Positions 1-12,200 of a DNA stretch of 32,000 nucleotides are shown piece after piece. The stretch covers positions 2,340,001-2,372,000 of the forward strand of contig NC_015067.1 in the NCBI RefSeq assembly GCF_000196555.1. The letters are read 5' to 3'. How positions within the stretch are numbered: position 1 is the stretch's first letter; each line of letters starts with the position of its first letter. The notes below the pieces were generated by a model, which worked only from the letters and a program-made list of their open reading frames with translations, made no database searches and was not told the DNA's origin. Made by a program: the position numbers and the translations under genes. The stretch is from Bifidobacterium longum subsp. longum JCM 1217. Lineage in GTDB: Bacteria > Actinomycetota > Actinomycetes > Actinomycetales > Bifidobacteriaceae.

Positions 1-3000
1 CGTGCCCGCACCTCCCGTATCCGGAAGCAACGCCGCATTGGTAACAATGGCCACGCGTTCCTTGGTGTTGTAGGAGACCGATACTTGGTATCCGGCCTCC
101 GCGGGCTTGATGGTCTTGGTGGTATCGCCGTCCTTATAGGTCACGGCGGTTTCTTTCACGGTGTACGTGTAGTAACGCACGATGTCCTTGCCGTTGGCAT
201 CCTGTCCATCCACGAATGCGACCGGCAGTCCTTGAATCACCTTGCGCCAGGTGTTGCTCCAGGAAGAGGCATCGGAGGAGTCCAACGTCACCGTCCATGG
301 ATTCTTCTGCGTCACGGTTGTGCAATCCGCGCCGAAGCATTGAATCGTCTGCGGCGTCACCGTATTGCCACTGCCATCGGTATAGTGCGCGGCGATCTTC
401 AGCTCGACCGACTGCGGCCGTTCGAGGTTGCCGTCCTTCCATACCTTCTGGACGGTCAGGTCAATGGTTCGGCAACCGTCCTTGCCGCACGGGTCCTGGC
501 CGTCGTCCGGTTCGGGGGTGAGTCCGCCGTTGTTGTCGGTCACGGTCGCGTCGAGCATGAGCACGGCCTTGGCCGGGGACTGGTAGGCATCGAGCTTTGT
601 GCTGCTGCCACCAGCCACAGTCACGGCGTCCTTGATGCCGACCCATGTGGTGCCCGCGTCGCCGGATGCACCACTGTGCACAGCGCCGCTGTCGTATGTG
701 TTGACCACGTCGAACAGCTTCACTTCCCAACGATCGAGTCCGGTGTTCAGCGCATCGTCTGCCGTGTTCTTCTGCGAGAAGATCTTGTTGCCGTCCTGTG
801 CGGAGGTGCGGGCCTCACCGGCGTTCGCGGCCGCCTTGCGGTAGATGCGATAGGTGTTGTATGCCTTGCCGCCGTTGCCTTCATCGACCGGTCCGAGGAT
901 GTCGCTCATGGTGTTGAAGTCCCATACGGACTTGAGTTTGGTGTTCGAGAACGGGTCGACCAGTCCGCTGGTGCCGCGGATCGTGTCGGCGTAGACCATG
1001 TGGTCGTCTGCCAGCACGCCCTCGTCGTTCAGTCCGGCGAAACCGCCCGCGTAGCCTGTGGAAAGGTCTTTCATGCCGTCGGTATCCTGAGTCGCTCCAC
1101 CACCGAACACGTCATAGCCGCTGGCGATGCCCGTCACGGTGGACTGTTCCACGCGGGTGCGGTTGCCCTTGATGAGTTGGACGGTCAGGTTGCTACCTGA
1201 CCCATCCATGTCGATGCCGTCCTTGCTGCAGGGCAGTTTGATGACGCTGTCGCCGATGGTGACGATCGCCACGTCGGTCTGCTGCTGGTTTTCGGCGTCG
1301 GCCTTGGACAGGGCGACGCTCACCTTCAGCCCGAACAGGTTCACGTACAGCACATCGCCTTCCGAGAGCACCTTGAGGTCGAATACCTTGCCGAAGATAG
1401 TCGGGAACCACTTGCCCAAGTCGATGACGCCGACCTGCTGCGCCTTGTCGAGGTACAGGAGCTTGACCAGCGCGTTCACTACTTGCAGGAGCAGTTCCAC
1501 GAGTACCGAGTTGACCTGCGTATCGACCAGATAGGCGCGGCTGGTTTCGCCGACGAATCCGCCGGCGATCTCGCCGCTGGTGACCTTCTTGAGATTGCCG
1601 GCCGTGCAGCCCTTCACTCGGGCCAGGTCCGCGTAGCCGACGAATCCGCCCGCGACCTCGCGCCCGGTGGCCTTGTCGGTGGCTTTGCCGTAATCGTCGC
1701 CATGGTGTGTGGCGGTGACGGTGTAGCCGTCCGGGATGCCGGTGACATGCGAATCACCGACATGCGAGCCCCAGATGTCAAGTACGCCGGCCGTGGCACC
1801 GAGCAGATTGAGCGCATCCGTGCCGAGCTGTGCATTGTCGGCGGCGACCGTGTCGGATTTGCCGAGGTGCCCGATGAAGCCGCCCACGTAGTTCACGCCG
1901 GTCACACTGTTGAGGTTGGTGACGTTGGACTGCTTGACGGAGCCATTGATCAGTCCACCGCCGAAGCCACCGGCCGCACCGGTGTAACGCTTCGAGTCGA
2001 GCATGCCCTTCGTGGTGGAATCATGGGCGACGACTTGGATGCCGTCGTTCACGCCGTTGACCTGACCGTCGTAGATGAAGGTGCGGAACGCTTCGAGCAC
2101 GCCCACGTTGCCGACCTTGAGCAGTTTGAGCAGCAGGTTGGTGTCCTGCTTATCGCCGGCCTCGCCGCCGCCGACGGAAGCGACGCTGGACACATCGGCA
2201 AGGCCGAAGAAGCCGCCCGCGTATTGCCCGCCTTCAACGGCACGCAGCCCGGTGACTGTAAGTGCGGCTGGGTCATTGTTCGGATCCGCTTCACTGCCGG
2301 TGCCTTTGGCGGAATCCTTGTCACCGAGGATCGAGGCCTGCAGCGAGCCGGCGAAACCGCCGGCGTTCAGGGCATACTTGGTTGTGGTGTTACCCTTATC
2401 GTCCTTGGTCTCATATGCGCCGTCGACCGTGTATCCCCATGCCGGGTCATCCGAGCTCACATGCGCACCGCGAATCGTCGTAACCGTGGCCTGCAATACG
2501 CTGACCAGACTTGCCGGGGTCGAGACCAGCGAGTCGAGGATTCCTTGCAGGAATCCCTCGGATGCGTTGGTGTCCACATCCGCGACCGCGCCGGCAGTGG
2601 CCACGCCGATGAATCCGCCGACGTTGTTGCGGCCTTCCACCTTGCGCAGGTTGGAGACGTTGGCACCGGCCGCCTTGTCAGCAGTGGCCCCATCGGCAAG
2701 CTTCTGGCCGTTCTGGTCGAGATCGCCCCAGATCTGGCCGCCGACCGCGAGACCCACGTAGCCACCGGCGTTGCCGGTGCCGTGCGTGATGTCTTCGCCG
2801 GTGGCCACGACCTTCATACCCTTGCGGTAGCCGGCCACGCTCGAGGATTTGATGACTGGCACGAATACCTGTGCCACGTCGAGCATCTGACCCAGATCAA
2901 GTTTGATGCCTTTGTCGCCGAATAGTTGGATGGAGCCGAACGAGGATGCCGAGCCGGATTCCATCGTGCCCGCGTAGCCACCTGCCGCACGCATGGCGGA

Positions 3001-6000
3001 GACGGTCTTGACGTCCATCGACTGGCCATCGGTGATCGTGCCGGTGCGCATCAGGCCGACGTGTCCGCCGGCGACGCCGGAATCATGCAGGTTCGCGCCG
3101 GTCCGATACTCCGCACGTCCTGCGACGACGTTGAATCCGAAGATGTAGGATTCGAGGAACTTGTCCAGGGAATCCTGGTCGGTAACAGAGCCCGCACCAT
3201 CAGCCGTGGTCACATCGGTGAATTCCTTGCCATACGCACCGTACTTGCCGATGTTGTCGACCCACGTCTTCCACTGGTCGTAGCTCATATTGCGCAGCGG
3301 ACCGGTGACCTTCGTGTGCTCCTCAGTCGGGTAGACCACGGACAGCACGCCGGCGAGGTTGCCGGCCTTGATGAGACCGCCGAGCAAGGAGAGCGAACCG
3401 CCTTCAGCGGTATCGGCCGCTTCCATGAAGCCGGTGTAGCCGCCGGCGATTTCGGCACCGTATACGCTGCGGATGCGCGCGGCATAGGCTACGCGTTGCG
3501 GCCCGTTGTATTTGCCGTCGGTGTTCTCCTGCTTCCATGCTGCGGTGTTGTTGCCCCAGATATGGCCGCCGCGGTTACGTCCCGCATAGCCGCCGGCCAT
3601 GCCGCGGCGTGTGGTCGTATCCGATGCCGCCTGTGCGCGCACCGCGCCGCCGCACACTGTGGCATCGGTCGAGCTGTTGCGAATCGTCGGCACGAAGTCC
3701 TGCACGAGCGAGAGCAGGTTGTCGAGGTTGACGAGCTTCTTGAGCACGCTGCCGTCGCCGAGTACGTTTGCCACGGCTCCCGGCTGCATGGTGCCCACGT
3801 AGCCGCCGGCCGAAACCTGGCCGATGATGTATACGAACTCATGCGAGCTGGAGTCCTGGATATGGCCGCCTTCGATGTCTCCGGCGAAGCCGCCGGCCAT
3901 ACCCAGTGGATCGGGCTTGTTGTTGGCGTTCCTATGGTCTGCCGTGCCGGCCAGCACGGAGTATCCGCCGATGCCGCCGGTCACATCGGAATGTTCAATC
4001 GTCGAGACGACGACATCCAGCACACTGAGTACATCGTTGAGATTGACGTTCTGGTCGAGCAGGCTCAAGCCGCCGCCCACGGCCGCCGCCGAGCCGATGT
4101 CCATTTTGCCGATGTAGCCGCCGGCATACCGAGCGGCGGTGACTGCATACGAGCTGTCTTTGCTCAGATAGGTGTCGTCGATGGATCCGGTGGTTTCCAG
4201 ATTCTTCGGTGCCTTGACGTCGGTGTGGCGCAGTTGGGTCACGCTGGAATGGGATACCTGCACGCCGGAACCGTAGCCGATGTAGCCGCCGGCGGAACCG
4301 GATTGCGTATCGGATTGGTCAAGTCGGGTGGCGGAGACGGTGAAGCCGGGATCGTCCGGGTCGGAAATCTTGTTGCCGCTGGTGGTCTCCACGGTGGTGG
4401 CATCGGAATGCACGCCCGCGTAGGAGATGAACGGCACATAGCCCTGCACCACCTGCAGCAGGTTGGCGAGATCCACCGTACCGAATTTGCCGAGCAGGCT
4501 CAGGCCGCCGTTGCCAGCCGAAGCGAGTGCGCCGGAAACGACCTTGCCGCCGAAACCGCCTGCGTATGCGCCGCCGGTCACATGGTCGAGGTTGACAACG
4601 GCCACGGGGTTGGCTTGAACGCGGGACTGCACGTCTGCCAGCGTTGAGTCGTTCTCGAGATCAGTTTCGGAGAACTGATTGACTTTGCCGCTTTGGAAGT
4701 TTCCCGCATAGCCTCCCGCGATATCCCCTTCGACGTAACCGCCGTTGACGTACGTCACGGTGGTATACGTATAGCTTGGAATCAGATACGGCATGGCACC
4801 GAGCAGGTCGTTCACGGACAGCAGTCCGCCCTTGATGAGGTTGTCCAACACGCTGGAATCATCGGCGTTGCTAAGTGCGTCAGCGAGGCCACCGGTGGTG
4901 GAGAAGCCCACGAAGCCACCCGCGATGCCATCGGATGTGCTGGTATCGGCCGCGACCGACTTGAGGTTCGTCACATGGCTTTCGCGGGTCTTGGTGCTGT
5001 TGGCCTGACCGTAGAAACCGCCCGCAGCGTAATCGGTGGTCTCGTTGTTCTCGTTCTTGCCGGTCGCCTTGACCGTGAATCCGTTGGCGATGCCGTTCAC
5101 ATTCGATGAAGTGACTGCAACCGAAGAATATTGGGCAACCGATAGCAGACCGGAAAGCTTGATAAGCCCAAGCACATTGAGCCCGCCGGCACCAACGGCG
5201 TCGCCTGGTCCGGAGAAGCCGATGAAACCGCCGGCTTCTCCCTTGGCCGTGACCGTGGCCAGATTGGTAAGGTTCGTGTTGGTCACGTCACCACCGGTGG
5301 CGCATCCGATGGCACCGCCCGCATAGTATGAACCGGCCTTCACCGTCAAACCGGATGCCGGAGCGGTGACAGACATGTTCTCCACGGTGAACGCGGCAAA
5401 CTGGTCGAACTTCTTGAGCGTGGCGATATCGCCAATTTTCACCACACTGTTGAGCAACCCAGCTACCGTTGTCGGTTGCAGATTGCCGGCGATGCCACCC
5501 GCGTAGGAGCCCGTGGCCGTGACCGATTCAAGGCCTTCTATGGTGGTGGAGCGCTGCTGGGGGAAGTCACGAGGATTGTTGTACTTCCAGAACGTAAGGT
5601 TCTTGAGATGATCCTGTGAGGAGTCGCCGATCACCGTGCCCGAACCTTCGCCCACGAGACCGCCCGCGTAATCGCCACCAGCCTTAACGGTGAGGGAGCC
5701 CTTCATCTGCGTGCCGAGAATCACGGAGGGATTCACACCGACGATGGACAGCAGTTCTCCCGCACCACTACCGCTGCCGCTCAGCAATTTGGCCACAGCC
5801 TTGGTGAGTTGTTTCAGCAGCGATGCGTTCGCGGCATCGTCCGTGCCGAGTTCCAGGCCCCATCCCACGGAGGCAAATCCGGTGAATCCGCCGGCATGGG
5901 ATTTATCAGTAGACACGGCAGCCGTGGCTGAAATCGTATTATTGACCGCGTAGGCATTGGCCATCGCGCCGCTAAATCCACCGGCATAGTCCGTGGCAGA

Positions 6001-7914
6001 TACAGTGACCTTGCCATCGCCGTCGACGGTCAGGTTGCTGTTCTCGATGAGGCTCTGCGGACGCAGCGCAGACAGCAAATCAATACCAAGCGAATCGAGC
6101 AGACCACCCACGTTGCCGTTGCGGCTTACTCCGGCGAAGCCACCGGCGTATTGCGTTGCCTGCACGGTGAAACCATTCGTGCTCGTCACCGAAGAGTTCT
6201 CAATGATTGCACCAATCTGCGCACCGACGAAGCCGCCGGCCTGCGGGTTGTCCTTGTTGCCGATCACCACGTTCTTTTTGAACCCGTTCACCGAACTGTT
6301 CGAGATAACCGGGTTGTAGTAGCCAACCGGAATCAAGGCATTCAGCCCGAGCGTGCCGGACAGCAACCAGTCCACCAGATCGCCCAGCCCGAGGAATGGG
6401 ATGACACCCAAGATCTTCGAGAGTACATTGGTGAGCGTTCCCACGATGCCGGAGACCGCATCGTATCGGGTTGCGCCCTCAACATATCCCACGAAACCAC
6501 CGGTCATACGGCTTACGCTGGATACCGAAACATCCGCCACTTCACAATCCGTGACCTTGGCATCGCCGTAAATACGGCCGGCGAACGCACCCGTGGCGAG
6601 ATTGGAGGGATTGTCTTTGTGCAGGGTGAGCAGACCTCGAAGATTGAGGCCAAGATCTACTTGTCCGAATGTCAGCAGTTTCAACGCCTTAAGCAGAAGA
6701 TCCAAAAGTCCACCCACTGCCGAAGTGAGCATACCGAGCAAGGTCGCCGGAATATACGATTCACTCGTATGATTCGCCACCGACACATCCTGCAGCTTGA
6801 GGTTCGACACCACGGCCGTACCGGCGCTGCCCAGACTGTTGCTGTTCATCACGGTCTTGTTCGTGATCGAGGCGAAGAAGCCGATGCCCTGCTGCTTGCT
6901 GACATCCAGCTGGTCGCCTTTGACATTAGAGACCATATCTTTCTGATTGACGACCACATGGCTGATGACCGGCCGAGCTGCGGTAGCGTGAACCACGCTT
7001 GCGCCATCGGCACCAACAGCCTTCCACAGGCTGGCTGCGGTGTCGCCGTCATTGGAGACCGCACCGAGCATAGTGCCGGAGAACATGAGCGGAGTCCACT
7101 CGGTGTTGTTGGTATCTGCCGCGTTCTTGGACAGGTCGATGTCACGGAAGATCAGGTAGTTGGCGTCTGCGGAATAGGTCAGGCCGGTGTTGGCAGCGGA
7201 GTAGTCCGTTTGCGTGCCATCAGCACCCACGCCGTAATACTTGATGCGGGTATTACCAGCGTCCACTTTCGTACGACATATCGCCAGCGAATTGTCATAG
7301 TCGGAGGCATCAGCATCGCGCAAAGTATCTGAATCGGAGAGATCGGCGTCACCGGCGTATTCGGAAGACGGCGTGCCGTCCACCCACTGATAATTGGGTC
7401 CTTGTCGCATGCAAGTCTGCGTGACCTTGTTGATGCGGCCAATAACCTTCTTGCCGGAACCAATCGCACGCAGCTGCTGCTCGTTACCAATCAGGATGTA
7501 GGTCTTGCCGTTGATCTCCTTGGTGACCTGACCCTCAAAGTCACGGCCGCCAAGCGCCGTCGCGGCGACCTGCACATTGGCCTTCGCCGGCGATTGATCC
7601 GTCGCATTTGAGGAATCGTTCTTGGCATCTTGAGAAGAAGCATCGTTTGGAGCCTGCGTTTGGGCTCCATCATTGGCGGAATTGCCAGCGGCAGCTTCTG
7701 CTGAGTCGTCCGCCTTATTGTCTGTCGCACCATTTGAGGATTCGGAAGAATCACCAGTAGTAGAAGATGAAGGAGATGAATCCTGCTGTGCGTCTTGATT
7801 CGTTTCGGAAGGTGTTGGCGCACCGTTTGATGTATTGGCCTCTTCTGACGTCTTATCGTCAACGTTGACATTGCGAGCAGAAGGAGCAGCTACGACAGTA
7901 TTACCCCCCCCTCC
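1..7914 (-). CDS. Giant secreted surface repeat protein, main body (GLUG-like GG[FLIY][AVSI]G repeats). The C-terminus lies beyond the window. A frameshift at 7904-7911 separates it from its signal-peptide segment.
   Basis: The minus-strand frame with codon first bases at coordinates divisible by 3 is open from the TGA at 7915-7917 down to position 1 (2,638 codons). I hand-translated 7914 down to about 4860 without meeting a stop. The ORF track lists no minus-strand ORF in this frame, as expected if it ends outside the window. The product starts GGGGNTVVAAPSARNVNVDDKTSEEANTS and has a Ser/Asp/Asn/Thr-rich linker. It then carries many units such as QAGGFVGAQIGAIIENSSV, QYAGGFAGVSRNGNVGGLLDSLGIDLLSAL, DYAGGFSGAMANAYAVNNT, SHAGGFTGFAS, DYAGGLVGEGSGTVIGDS, SYAGGIAGNL, YYAGGAIGCATGGDV, EAGGFIGFSGPG, DYAAGGFYGQ, IAGGFVGFSTTG and IAGGYAGNFQSGKV. 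Confidence 0.8.
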
Positions 7915-8111
7915 TCAGAAATTACGGCATTAGGAGAGCTACTCACATCGTCTATATTCTGAGCATATGCTGCAGGCACCATGCACACGATGGACAAGGA
8001 AACAGCAATAACCGAAGCAAGGCAACGCTTCAAGGCATGGCTCTGCCGTCCAGATTCCTGTTCTGTTCCTCCGTTAAACCCGCAACGGACGAACTTCAAT
8101 TTCGAGCTCAC
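7890..8111 (-). pseudogene. N-terminal signal-peptide fragment of the giant surface-protein gene, terminated by the frameshift
   Basis: The ORF reads MSSKLKFVRCGFNGGTEQESGRQSHALKRCLASVIAVSLSIVCMVPAAYAQNIDDVSSSPNAVISEEGGVILS*. It has a basic n-region, a hydrophobic core ASVIAVSLSIVCMVPAA and an AYA|QN cleavage-type site. The frame hits TAG (7890-7892) four codons after the G8 tract. The body continues in the frame offset by one nucleotide. Confidence 0.7.
7904..7911 (-). repeat. Homopolymeric G8 tract (C8 on the plus strand) at the signal-peptide/body junction
   Basis: Plus strand 7901-7920 is ttaccccccc ctcctcagaa. With 8 G the leader frame reads GAG GAG GGG GGG GTA ATA CTG TCG TAG. With 9 G (or 6 G) it reads ...GGG GGG GGT AAT ACT GTC GTA GCT..., which is the long open frame. 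Confidence 0.9.
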
Positions 8112-8244
8112 TGTTTCCCCTCATAGATTCGCAATCCTCTTTTCGGGGGTTACTGCATATAATCATACCCCCTTTCTAGGAAAAAGTTGTCGAAAAACTA
8201 GAAAATGTTCATTTGCGGGGCCAGTTAGCGTACGTTTTCTAGGC

Positions 8245-8274
8245 AAAAAGAAAAGCCCCGCAGCTATGCAGGGC
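8245..8274 (-). terminator. Rho-independent terminator downstream of the ABC ATPase gene
   Basis: 8255-8262 (gccccgca) pairs with 8267-8274 (tgcagggc) at 7 of 8 bp with a 4-nt loop. On the minus strand it is followed by TTTTCTTTTT (complement of 8245-8254). It lies about 80 nt after the stop at 8356. Confidence 0.6.
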
Positions 8275-8355
8275 TTTTCCAACGAGGTCATAAGAGAGGA
8301 AGAGAATAACCTCGTTTAATGGTTGACGAAGCGATTAGACCTCGCCAAGTATCTA

Positions 8356-9483
8356 TTAGTTCAGACGCAGCTCAGTCGACGGAGCGAACAGGTGCATCTT
8401 GGCCGGGTCGATCTTGATCTTGACGGTCGCGCCAACCTTCGGCAGCGCACGCGGATTCACACGAATCGTGGTGAGCTTGTTCTGGTCGGACATGACCTGG
8501 GCAGCCTCAGCTGCGGAGCCATCGGTGATGATGTTGCCGTAGATGTAGCCATCGGAGCCCAGATCCTCGACGTTCACAACCTTCAGGGAGAAGGCGTTCG
8601 GGTCGTCAGCCGGGGCCAGACCAGCGTCCTCAGGACGGAAGCCGACCACGATCTGGCCGTTGTCTTCGGCGGTGAGCTTGTTGACGGCCTCAGCCGGCAG
8701 GTCCACGGTGTCCTCACCGATCTTCGCCTTGCCGTTGACCACCGGGTGGGTGTTCAGGTTCATCGACGGGGAGCCGATGAAGCCGGCGACGAAGACGTTG
8801 GCCGGACGATCGTACAGCTCAGTCGGGGCGCCGACCTGCTGCAGGATACCGAGCTTGATGACGGCGATGCGATCGCCCATCGTCAGGGCCTCGGTCTGAT
8901 CGTGGGTCACGTACAGGGTGGTGACACCCAGCTGGCGCTGCAGAGCAGCGATCTGGGTACGGGTCTGGACACGGAGCTTGGCGTCGAGGTTGGACAGCGG
9001 CTCATCCATGAGGAAGACCTTCGGCTCACGGACGATTGCACGACCCATGGCCACACGCTGACGCTGACCACCGGACAGAGCCTTCGGCTTGCGGTCGAGG
9101 TACTCGGTCAGGTCGAGAATCTCAGCGGCCTTCTCGACGCGCTTGCGAATCTCGTCCTTCGGAGTGCCGGCGATCTTCAGGGCGAAGCCCATGTTGTCGG
9201 CAACGGTCATGTGCGGGTACAGAGCGTAGTTCTGGAACACCATTGCGATGTCGCGGTCCTTCGGCTGCATCGTGGTGACATCCTTGCCACCAATGAGGAT
9301 GCGGCCCTTGTTGACCTCTTCCAGGCCGGCGAGCATACGAAGGGTCGTAGACTTACCACAGCCAGAAGGGCCGACGAGGACGAGGAACTCGCCATCCTTG
9401 ATATCAAGATTCAGATCATCCACGGAGGGCTTATCGTTGCCCGGGTAGATACGAGTGACGTGGTCGAAAACGACTTCTGCCAT
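8356..9483 (-). CDS. Sugar ABC transporter ATP-binding protein, MsiK/MalK/UgpC family (orphan ATPase, no adjacent permease genes)
   Basis: 375 aa. It has Walker A GPSGCGKST, signature LSGGQRQR, Walker B VFLMDEP and H-loop YVTHDQ, plus a C-terminal MalK-type regulatory/TOBE-like region. An AAAGGA SD lies upstream of the ATG. Confidence 0.93.
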   Translation of the reverse strand: MAEVVFDHVTRIYPGNDKPSVDDLNLDIKDGEFLVLVGPSGCGKSTTLRMLAGLEEVNKGRILIGGKDVTTMQPKDRDIAMVFQNYALYPHMTVADNMGFALKIAGTPKDEIRKRVEKAAEILDLTEYLDRKPKALSGGQRQRVAMGRAIVREPKVFLMDEPLSNLDAKLRVQTRTQIAALQRQLGVTTLYVTHDQTEALTMGDRIAVIKLGILQQVGAPTELYDRPANVFVAGFIGSPSMNLNTHPVVNGKAKIGEDTVDLPAEAVNKLTAEDNGQIVVGFRPEDAGLAPADDPNAFSLKVVNVEDLGSDGYIYGNIITDGSAAEAAQVMSDQNKLTTIRVNPRALPKVGATVKIKIDPAKMHLFAPSTELRLN

Positions 9484-9841
9484 AATTACTAATCCTTTCA
9501 GAGGCAGGTACGTGCCTCACGATCCGTTGTAAAGGGATTTGTTCTTTACTGTGCTTCCGCCCTCGCCACCGACGTACAACTTTGCTTTCGGAAACTGCAA
9601 GCTTCAGCGTTTACTTTTTTCCGGTTCAGTGAAGGTTCTCTTCGTTGAGCCGAGAACTACTATACACGGACCGTGGACCAAGGCAAGTGGCGTGTCTGAA
9701 ATGTAGTTAACTTTATGGACGTTTCTGGGGGTGTTGTGTGGTTCGGCCCATGACACGCCTGTTTCTCGAACGTGCGAACCGGCACGCCCGACGTAGAGCA
9801 GGTCTGCTCTTCCCGGACTGATGGATTCCATCAGTCGCCGA

Positions 9842-11017
9842 CTAATGCGACACAGACTCGAAGGTGACGCCGTTGCGGGCGGCTTTGCGCTCGGCCTTGC
9901 GCTCCTCGGCGTCTTCGATGCGCTGGATGCGCAGCTGGCGCCAGTCCTCGCGCATGTCGCGGAAACGGTCGGCCAGCGTTACGTCATCGTTCTCGGCATC
10001 GCCATCAGTACTGCTGCCATCGGCCTTACCGAACGTGCCATCGGCCACCTTGGCGATGCCCAGCTTGAGCAGTCCGAGCAACTCACGCAACGTTTCCGGT
10101 ACGGGCTCATCGCCCTCATCGGCGGACTTGGTCAGGCCCTCGATGCGGCGACGAAGCGCGTCGGCGTCCTCGGGATCGATCTTGAGCCCGGCGATCAGCG
10201 ACTGGCGCATGGTCTCGTAATCGAGGTTGGCAAAAAAATTCAGCTGTTGCAGCGTCATGAAGCCCTTGAGCTCGGGGAATCGGTGGACGATGTATTCCTC
10301 GCGGTCGTCGGCGGCGCGGGTCCAGTCGCGGGTGAGCTGCGGATCCCAGCTGGCGGTAATCGACCCCTCGCGCATGCGGTAGTGGTACAGCGCCTTGGGC
10401 AGACGGACCACGCGCGTGGCCTCGCCGATCACGTTGCAGATACGGGAGAGATCCTCGATTTTGCGACCCACCGGGAAGGAGAATCCGGTGCCCTGATAGG
10501 TGGAGGCGGGTGCCAGGAAGGCCCAGAAATAGCCGTCAATCTCAGCCTTGACTTGCTTTTTGATGACCTCGACCGGGGTCAGGACCTGCACCTCGGTGAA
10601 GTCGTTGTGGCGATAGTTGGACAGCAGCGGCTTGTTGTTCTCGGAGATGGTGTCGAACTGGAACATCACGAGGTCGGCGTCATACTCGCGCATGGCGTTC
10701 AGGCAGTCCTCCACCAACGTGGGTGCCACGGTGTCGTCGGAATCGGCGAAGTATATGTACGCGCCGATAGCCTCAGCGATACCGGAGTTGCGGGCGTCGG
10801 ACAGGCCGCCGTTGGGCTTGTGAATCACGCGTATGCGCGGGTCGCGGGCGGCCCAGGCGTCGCACATGGCCGGGCAATTGTCGGGCGAGCCGTCGTCGAC
10901 CAGCAGAATCTCCAGATTGGCGTACGTCTGCGCGGCAACAGACGCCACGCATTCGTCGAGGAACTTCTCGACCTTATATACCGGGATGATGATGCTGACC
11001 AACGGCTCCTGTTCCAT
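9842..11017 (-). CDS. Family 2 glycosyltransferase (GT-A fold) with a charged C-terminal tail
   Basis: 391 aa. The N-terminus is SIIIPVYKVEKFLDECVASVAAQTY...LLVDDGSPD...GGLSDARN...FADSDD (DxD). A GGAGAT SD precedes the ATG at 11017. Confidence 0.88.
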   Translation of the reverse strand: MEQEPLVSIIIPVYKVEKFLDECVASVAAQTYANLEILLVDDGSPDNCPAMCDAWAARDPRIRVIHKPNGGLSDARNSGIAEAIGAYIYFADSDDTVAPTLVEDCLNAMREYDADLVMFQFDTISENNKPLLSNYRHNDFTEVQVLTPVEVIKKQVKAEIDGYFWAFLAPASTYQGTGFSFPVGRKIEDLSRICNVIGEATRVVRLPKALYHYRMREGSITASWDPQLTRDWTRAADDREEYIVHRFPELKGFMTLQQLNFFANLDYETMRQSLIAGLKIDPEDADALRRRIEGLTKSADEGDEPVPETLRELLGLLKLGIAKVADGTFGKADGSSTDGDAENDDVTLADRFRDMREDWRQLRIQRIEDAEERKAERKAARNGVTFESVSH

Positions 11018-11029
11018 ATCTCCAGCGTA

Positions 11030-11080
11030 GCGCCGCCGTGCGAACGCGGCGGCGCTGCGGGTTCGCGGACCGCGAAACCC
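11030..11080 (-). other. Two GC-rich stem-loops between the nrdF stop and the GT2 start
   Basis: 11059-11068 (gggttcgcgg) pairs with 11070-11080 (ccgcgaaaccc) with one bulge. 11030-11038 (gcgccgccg) pairs perfectly with 11047-11055 (cggcggcgc). There is no T tract, so this is an attenuator or mRNA-stability element rather than a clean terminator. Confidence 0.4.
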
Positions 11081-12177
<1,097 letters not shown>

Positions 12178-12200
12178 TGTTGGTTCCTTAGATGGTGGAG

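Noticed and set aside
85-7332. Long plus-strand track ORFs 85-1200, 1483-2925, 2926-4647, 4693-5109 and 6151-7332
   Set aside because: They are antisense shadows of the giant minus-strand gene. Their translations are Gly/Val/Ala/His/Arg-rich with no motifs. The opposite strand carries a single 7.9-kb open frame with coherent repeats.
9484-9841. The 358-bp spacer upstream of the ABC ATPase gene, searched for LacI/CcpA-type operators. The hairpins at 9816-9836 and about 9791-9806 were considered as the GT2 terminator.
   Set aside because: The gactgatgg/ccatcagtc hairpin is real but lacks a T tract, and I found no convincing sugar-repressor palindrome. I left it unannotated rather than guess.
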